Below are positions 33,723-39,134 of a stretch of 39,134 nt of DNA, piece after piece (the first letter of the stretch is position 1; every line of letters starts with the position of its first letter). Below the pieces are notes generated by a model. That model saw nothing but the letters and a program-made list of their open reading frames with translations. It ran no database searches and had not been told where the DNA came from. This DNA is from Desulfosudaceae bacterium (GTDB lineage: Bacteria; Desulfobacterota; Desulfobacteria; Desulfobacterales; Desulfosudaceae). The position numbers were made by a program, and so were the translations under genes. The stretch lies in the NCBI GenBank assembly GCA_046483615.1, contig JAWOCW010000294.1, positions 1 to 39,134 of the forward strand, in the 5' to 3' direction.

Positions 33723-34883
33723 ATGATCATCCACGTTGACATGGACGCTTTTTTCGCCTCGGTGGAGCAGCTGGACAATCCCGGGCTGGCCGGTAAACCG
33801 GTGATCGTCGGCGGCACCTCCAACCGGGGAGTGGTGGCGGCTTCCAGTTATGAAGCCCGTGAATTCGGGATTTATTCGGCCATGCCCATATTCCAGGCCA
33901 GGCAGAAATGTCCCCGGGGAATTTTTATTTCTCCCCGTCGCGACCGCTACCAGGAGATATCCCGTCAGGTCATGTCCATTCTCTCTTCATTTACGCCGCT
34001 GGTCGAACAGGTCTCAATTGATGAGGCTTTTATGGATGTCACCGGCTGTGAATCCATGTTCGGCCCTGCCCCGGAAATAGGATCGCAAATCAAGGCGCGC
34101 ATCAAGGACCGCTTAGACCTGCACTGCTCGGTGGGGATCGCGCCGTTGAAGTTTCTGGCCAAGATCGCTTCGGATATGGATAAACCCGATGGCCTCACTT
34201 TTATCCCCCCGGAACAGGTTGAGGAGTTTATCGATAACCTGCCGGTAAGAAAAGTTTCCGGGGTTGGTCAAAAAGCAGCCGCCCATCTGCTGGAAACAGG
34301 TATTGTCAACCTGGGGGATGTCAAAAAATTCAGCCGGGAAAAACTGGTAAAACGGCTTGGCAAATACGGTCACCGTTTGTTTGAGCTGGCTCATGGCATT
34401 GATCGTTCCCGGGTCTGTCGGCAGCGGCCGGTAAAATCCGTCAGCACCGAAGAAACCCTGGCCGTTGATATTAATGATAAGAGCCGGCTGAAAAAATATC
34501 TGCTCAAGCATGCCGAGGAGGTGGGGCGTCAGCTTCGGCAAAAAGGCCGCAAAGCCGGAACCGTTACCCTGAAGATCAAACATTCCGACTTCCGGCAGAA
34601 AACCCGCCAGGCCAGGCTTCCCCGGTTGACTTGTTCTTCTGAAAAAATTTACCAGGCGGCTGTGGCTCTTCTGGAAAATTATCATTTGAAAAGCCCGGTG
34701 CGTCTGGTCGGTGTAGGGGTGTCTGATCTGGATGATCCCTTCCGGCCATCGCAAATGGAACTGTTCTCCGAAGGTGAGGACGGTTTTGAAAAATGGGAAA
34801 AGATTGGCCTGGTTGTAGACGGCATTACCGCCAGATTCGGACCGGACATGATTAAAAAAGCCGGTTTGGCGGGAGATGATTGA
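33723..34883 (+). CDS. dinB: DNA polymerase IV (Y-family)
   Basis: MIIHVDMDAFFASVEQLDNPGLAGKPVIVGG, SIDEAFMDVTG, VGIAPLKFLAKIASD. Confidence 0.92.
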   Translation: MIIHVDMDAFFASVEQLDNPGLAGKPVIVGGTSNRGVVAASSYEAREFGIYSAMPIFQARQKCPRGIFISPRRDRYQEISRQVMSILSSFTPLVEQVSIDEAFMDVTGCESMFGPAPEIGSQIKARIKDRLDLHCSVGIAPLKFLAKIASDMDKPDGLTFIPPEQVEEFIDNLPVRKVSGVGQKAAAHLLETGIVNLGDVKKFSREKLVKRLGKYGHRLFELAHGIDRSRVCRQRPVKSVSTEETLAVDINDKSRLKKYLLKHAEEVGRQLRQKGRKAGTVTLKIKHSDFRQKTRQARLPRLTCSSEKIYQAAVALLENYHLKSPVRLVGVGVSDLDDPFRPSQMELFSEGEDGFEKWEKIGLVVDGITARFGPDMIKKAGLAGDD

Positions 34884-34930
34884 GGTCTTGCCGGGTTAAC
34901 CCGGACGCGAATTTAACCAAGGAGGCGATT

Positions 34931-35710
34931 GTGGCGGAATTCGATAATTTAAGCTACCAGAGAGTTGGCTCGGTGGGGATTCTGACCCTGAATCGTCCCC
35001 AATGCCTGAACGCCATTAATTTTTCCATGCAGGCCGATCTGGCCGCCTTTTTCAAAGAGAGACTGATCGATACTGAGACGAGGGTACTGGTAGTCACCGG
35101 CGCCGGTAAAGGCTTTTGCGCCGGTCTGGACATGAATGATCCCGACATAACCGCTCCTGCTGACGGCTATTCACCGGCAAAAGCCTATGCCCTTCAAAGA
35201 ACCTATTCTGATTTTATTCTGGCCATGAGGCAGTGTCCCCAGCCCGTGGTGGGGGCCATCAACGGAGCGGCCGCCGGAGCCGGGTTTTCCATAGCTCTGG
35301 CCTGTGACATCAGGATAGCCGCCAGCCAGGCCAGGTTCTCCGCCGCCTATATTAATATCGGGGTTGGTGGCGCCGACATGGGCTCTTCCTGGCTTTTCCC
35401 CAGGGCGGTCGGCGCCGGTAACGCGGCTCGTTACCTGTATACTGGTGACCTGTTTGACGCGGCCGAAGCCCTGAGAATCGGGCTGGTGCAATCGGTGGTC
35501 GACGAAGAAGACCTGTTGACGGAAGCCATGGCCCTGGCCGAGAACATGGCCGGTAAATCACCGCTCGGCCTGAAGCTGACCAAGGAGGCCCTTAACGTCA
35601 ATGCCGGCGCCACCAGCCTGGAAGCGGCCATACGCCTGGAAGACAGAAACCAGGCTCTTTGCATCACGCAATTGTTAGCCCCTGACCCGGATCACTCTCG
35701 TCCCAAATAA
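34931..35710 (+). CDS. Enoyl-CoA hydratase/isomerase (crotonase) family protein
   Basis: ILTLNRPQCLNAIN, VVTGAGKGFCAGLDM, GAINGAAAGAGFSIALACDIRIA. GTG start at 34931 preceded by AAGGAGG. Confidence 0.88.
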   Translation: MAEFDNLSYQRVGSVGILTLNRPQCLNAINFSMQADLAAFFKERLIDTETRVLVVTGAGKGFCAGLDMNDPDITAPADGYSPAKAYALQRTYSDFILAMRQCPQPVVGAINGAAAGAGFSIALACDIRIAASQARFSAAYINIGVGGADMGSSWLFPRAVGAGNAARYLYTGDLFDAAEALRIGLVQSVVDEEDLLTEAMALAENMAGKSPLGLKLTKEALNVNAGATSLEAAIRLEDRNQALCITQLLAPDPDHSRPK

Positions 35711-35840
35711 AAAATCAGCGGTCTCGGTGAAAGCGGGTTTTATCCGCACTGGCCCCTTTGGGGGGCCGGTTGCCACTGGCTGCCTTGCGGCAAGCGAACT
35801 TTTTACGAAGACATCATCTCTTGATCTAAGGGGTTTTCTC

Positions 35841-37649
35841 ATGGCTGAAAAATTCTGCGGCAAAAGAAATCTCAAATTTTTATTGCATGAAGTTTTTGAC
35901 GTCATGTCCCTGACCGCTTACGAATATTTCGGTGAGCACAATCGCCGGGTATTTGACATGATTATCGAGGCGGCTTTCCAGATGTCGGAGAAAATGATGT
36001 TTCCGATTTTAAGGGAAATGGATCAACACCCGCCCCAACTGGTTGAGGGCAGGGTGGTCGTTCATCCGGAGGTTAAAAAGATTCTGGAGGCCTTTGGCCG
36101 GGGCGGCTGGATCTCCGCCAATATTCCCCGCGAGTTTGACGGGGAACAACTACCCATGATGATAGTGGGCGCCACCCATTTCATCTTTTCCGCCGCCAAT
36201 TATTCGGCCAGTGTTTACCCGGAGGCCTGTGCCGGCGCCGCCCACTTGCTGACCTCTTTCGGCAGCCGGAAACTGCGGGATAAATTTTTAGGCCCCCTGC
36301 TGTCCGGTAAATGGCAGGGAACCATGGCCCTGACCGAACCCCAGGCCGGCAGTTCCCTGGGTGATCTGACCACCTCGGCGGAACCCACCGCTGAGGACTG
36401 GTACCTGATCCGGGGTAATAAAGTGTTTATTTCAGCCGGCGACCATGATTGCGTTGAGAACGTGGTTCATCTGATGCTGGTCAGAATCCAGGACGCTCCG
36501 GCCGGGGTCAGGGGGCTGTCTTTGTTCGTGGTCCCCAACCGACGGGAAGATGAAACCACCGGGGAGCTGGTCTCCAATGACATCGCCGTCAGTCAGGTTT
36601 TTCATAAGCTTGGCTATCGGGGAACGCCCATTACCGAACTTGCCATCGGGGAGAACGACGATTGCCGGGGCTATCTGGTAGGTGAGCCGGGCCGGGGGCT
36701 CAAATACATGTTCCAGATGATGAATGAAGCCAGAATCAGCGTTGGCATCGGCGCCGCCGGGATTGCTTCGGCAGCCTATTACGCCTCTTTGGAGTATGCC
36801 CGGCAACGGTGCCAGGGTAGAAAGCTGCTGGAAAAAGATCCGGACCGGCCCCAGATTCCGATTATCGAACATGCTGATGTCCGTCGCATGCTGTTGTTTC
36901 AGCGCGCCGTTGTGGAAGGGGCCCTGGGGCTCATAATGCAGTGCTGCCAATACTCGGACCAGGAAAAGATCCTGTCCGGCGAGGACCGGGAAAGAGCCTC
37001 CCTGCTGCTTGAGATCCTGACGCCGGTAGTCAAAACCTTCCCGTCGGAAATGGGAATACTGGCCGTCAGCCAGGGGCTGCAATGCCTGGGCGGGTATGGT
37101 TACTGCCAGGATTTTCCCCTGGAGCAGTATTACCGGGACATTCGGATTCACGCCATACATGAAGGGACTACCGGTATCCAGGGCATGGATCTGCTGGGTC
37201 GCAAGGTGGTCATGAAGGAAGGACGGGCCCTGATATATTTTGGGGAAGCCGTGGCCGGGGCCGTGGCCCTGGCTAAAGAAATTCCGGAGCTGGACGTTCA
37301 TGCCCGCAGCCTGGAAGCGGCCGTCAGCAGGCTGGAAGAGGTGACCATGTCTCTGGTGGGCCTGGCCGGGGAAAAAGGAGCTGACGCCTACCTGGCCGAT
37401 GCCGTGGTATTTCTGGAGTTTTTCAGTATTGTCGCTATTTCCTGGCAATGGCTGCTTCAGGCCCTGGCGGCAACCAGGGGGCTGGCCGACAAACCCGCCC
37501 GGGCTGAAAAACGTTTCTATCTCGGAAAGCTTTACGCCTTCAGGTATTATTTCCGGTACGAATTGCCGAAGATCCAGGGGCTGGCGCAGAGGCTTACCGA
37601 CGGCGATCAGCTGACCCTGACCATGGCCCCGGATTATTTTGATGATTAA
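35841..37649 (+). CDS. Long-type acyl-CoA dehydrogenase (about 600 aa, with extra N- and C-terminal domains)
   Basis: GTMALTEPQAGSSLGDL, KVFISAGDHD, QCLGGYGYCQDFPLEQYYRDIRIHAIHEGTTGIQ. ATG 35841 preceded by AAGGGG. Confidence 0.9.
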   Translation: MAEKFCGKRNLKFLLHEVFDVMSLTAYEYFGEHNRRVFDMIIEAAFQMSEKMMFPILREMDQHPPQLVEGRVVVHPEVKKILEAFGRGGWISANIPREFDGEQLPMMIVGATHFIFSAANYSASVYPEACAGAAHLLTSFGSRKLRDKFLGPLLSGKWQGTMALTEPQAGSSLGDLTTSAEPTAEDWYLIRGNKVFISAGDHDCVENVVHLMLVRIQDAPAGVRGLSLFVVPNRREDETTGELVSNDIAVSQVFHKLGYRGTPITELAIGENDDCRGYLVGEPGRGLKYMFQMMNEARISVGIGAAGIASAAYYASLEYARQRCQGRKLLEKDPDRPQIPIIEHADVRRMLLFQRAVVEGALGLIMQCCQYSDQEKILSGEDRERASLLLEILTPVVKTFPSEMGILAVSQGLQCLGGYGYCQDFPLEQYYRDIRIHAIHEGTTGIQGMDLLGRKVVMKEGRALIYFGEAVAGAVALAKEIPELDVHARSLEAAVSRLEEVTMSLVGLAGEKGADAYLADAVVFLEFFSIVAISWQWLLQALAATRGLADKPARAEKRFYLGKLYAFRYYFRYELPKIQGLAQRLTDGDQLTLTMAPDYFDD

Positions 37650-37735
37650 TAAACGCTGATGAATATGATCGGTTTCCGGTCGAAAAATATCCCCTCAGGC
37701 CTGTCCGGATTGAAAATCAAAAAAAGCGCGGCAAC

Positions 37736-39134
37736 ATGAAAAATGATCATCAACAATTCCGCCCCTTTTTATCCCGATCCCGGCCGGCCGTCCTGTGGCA
37801 CCGGCTTAGAGTCACGGCCCGGATCCAGGCCTTTAAACTTTCCCTGAGGGTTATGGCTCTTTTTTTTACGGTCAGCAAAAAGATGCGGGCCGAAATCAAC
37901 AACCCGGTGACCGGATTTGTCTTTAACGCCCGGTACCAGTTTTCAACCCGTGATGACCTGGTGCACCTTTACATGATTTTTGAAAACGGCCGGGTCAGGA
38001 CCGGCCGCGGCCGGATTGACAGCCCGGACGTGACCGTATTTTATAAAGACAGGTCAACCCTGGCTGATATTTTTGACAAAAACCCGGAAGAGTCCCTGGA
38101 TTACCTGTTGACTAACGACATGTCCTACACCGGCAATATGGCCTACCTGACCAGGTTTTCTTATCTGACTACGTTGCTGGCGGGACCATCCTCCCGCGAG
38201 ACCAGGAAAAAATCCGCGCCCCTTGCTGAGCCCGACCGGGATATTGAGGCCGGCCCCAAAGCCAGAATTATCGAAAATGAAAGACTGGGCCGTCGGGTTG
38301 ATAAGGTCCGTTTTCTGGAGGATCCCTTTTTAGCAAGATATCGGATTGAAGATTTTCCACGCTTAAAATATCTTAAAAACAGGCGTTTCAACCAAAGACC
38401 GGCCGTCTGTCCCGAACGCGCTTTGCTGGTGACCCGCTATTTTCGAAAGAACGGGTTTGAGACGGATTCCGCCGGCAACCCCATTGATCCGGGATTACGC
38501 CAGGCCGGGGCCATGCGATACCTGATGGAACGCAAGAAACCGGTGATTCCGGAGCGCAACCTGCTGGCCGGCTCCACTACCTCAAAAGAGGTGGGAGTCC
38601 CGGTCTACCCCGAATTTATCGGCACCACCATCTGGCCGGAGTTAAAAACCATCAGCAGCCGGGAATTAAATCCCAACGATCTCTCCCGCCAGGACGCGGA
38701 TATCCTTAATTTCGAGGTCTTTCCTTTCTGGATGGATCGTAACGTCAGAGAATATTGCCGCCGCGTTAATAAGGCGCCCATGTCGCAACAGCTGGAAGAA
38801 CGGTTCGTTCTGTATTTCATGATGAAAAATAACGCCATTTCCCATACCATCCCTGATTTTGAAATGGTGTTAAGACGGGGGCTGAACGGCATCATGACCG
38901 ACGCCCGCGCCCGGGAAGCCGAGGCTCTGGAGGTTTCATCCCGGAGGTTCTACCGCTCCCTGGCTATTGTCATCGAAGGCGTTCTGGCCTACGCTGAAAA
39001 TCTGGCCGCGGAGGCGGAGCGCCTGGCGACAGTCGCGGGTGATTCCCCGGAAACATCCGGTTCACGCCTCAGCGAGTTGTTGGAAATCGCCCGTATTTGT
39101 CGTCGGGTTCCGGCTTATCCTTCTGAAACCGTGC
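37736..39134 (+). CDS. Glycyl radical enzyme of the PFL2/glycerol-dehydratase-like family, N-terminal 466 aa only. It carries an N-terminal extension of about 200 aa that contains an SCP2-like domain. The gene continues beyond the right edge.
   Basis: Absent from the ORF track because there is no stop in the window. My own translation from ATG 37736 runs open to the window end. From about aa 205 it reads RIEDFPRLKYLKNRRFNQRPAVCPERALLVTRYFRKNG...KPVIPERNLLAGSTT...VYPEFIGTTIWPELK...FEVFPFWMDRNVREYC...ISHTIPDFEMVLRRGLNGI, which is collinear with the YbiW/PflD-type GRE N-terminus. Residues about 55-150 (FVFNARYQFSTRDDLVHLYMIFENGRVRTGRGRIDSPDVTVFYKDRSTLADIF...LLTNDMSYTGNMAYLTRFSYL) look SCP2-like. 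The exact start codon is uncertain because the RBS is weak. Confidence 0.85.
   Translation, partial: MKNDHQQFRPFLSRSRPAVLWHRLRVTARIQAFKLSLRVMALFFTVSKKMRAEINNPVTGFVFNARYQFSTRDDLVHLYMIFENGRVRTGRGRIDSPDVTVFYKDRSTLADIFDKNPEESLDYLLTNDMSYTGNMAYLTRFSYLTTLLAGPSSRETRKKSAPLAEPDRDIEAGPKARIIENERLGRRVDKVRFLEDPFLARYRIEDFPRLKYLKNRRFNQRPAVCPERALLVTRYFRKNGFETDSAGNPIDPGLRQAGAMRYLMERKKPVIPERNLLAGSTTSKEVGVPVYPEFIGTTIWPELKTISSRELNPNDLSRQDADILNFEVFPFWMDRNVREYCRRVNKAPMSQQLEERFVLYFMMKNNAISHTIPDFEMVLRRGLNGIMTDARAREAEALEVSSRRFYRSLAIVIEGVLAYAENLAAEAERLATVAGDSPETSGSRLSELLEIARICRRVPAYPSETV

Noticed and set aside
37736-39134. Calling the GRE an alkyl- or benzylsuccinate synthase, choline lyase or isethionate lyase
   Set aside because: Only the N-terminal 466 aa are visible. 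The class-defining active-site loops and the Gly radical domain lie outside the window, so no subclass can be claimed.

Overview
39.1-kb chromosomal segment with about 55% GC. The gene content looks like an anaerobic Desulfobacterota-type genome (sulfate reducer or syntroph). That placement is an inference from four things: a selenocysteine formate dehydrogenase, an AhbA/B-like protein, several radical-SAM and glycyl-radical enzymes, and an Mbh-like Mrp membrane module. I support about 38 protein genes. I saw no rRNA, tRNA, CRISPR array, transposase, integrase or phage genes.

Gene layout, left to right:
- divergent sensor kinase and REC-DHp regulator
- mtnA with a small upstream ORF and a structured leader
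- a membrane class III nucleotidyl cyclase with an unusual N-terminal T2SSE_N-like domain
- a TPR lipoprotein
- a small ABC-type ATPase and recD2
- an AT-rich tandem repeat locus enclosing a GC-rich rod hairpin
- a group II PLP decarboxylase
- fdhA containing selenocysteine
- csrA, a radical SAM gene and tkt
- a long minus-strand run: an 11-gene Mrp/Mbh-like module, a cNMP-domain protein, a cytidylate-kinase-like protein, a GGDEF protein, an MFS transporter, an AhbA/B-like protein and a B12-radical SAM protein
- a CBS protein and dinB
- enoyl-CoA hydratase, a long acyl-CoA dehydrogenase, and a partial glycyl radical enzyme with an N-terminal SCP2-like extension

Caveats on the ORF track:
- It omits the two genes that run off the window edges: the histidine kinase at 1..1091(-) and the glycyl radical enzyme at 37736..39134(+).
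- It splits fdhA at its in-frame UGA.
- It over-extends several N-termini.
- It misses a 44-aa ORF inside the Mrp operon.

Nothing here is a clear-cut new system. The best candidates for something undescribed are:
- the SCP2-fused glycyl radical enzyme next to beta-oxidation genes (truncated by the window)
- the stand-alone Mbh-like Mrp module with three antiporter-like subunits, extra small subunits and a degenerate cNMP-domain protein
- the MITE-like repeat / rod-hairpin locus and its dispersed CCCGGATATTTCA motif family
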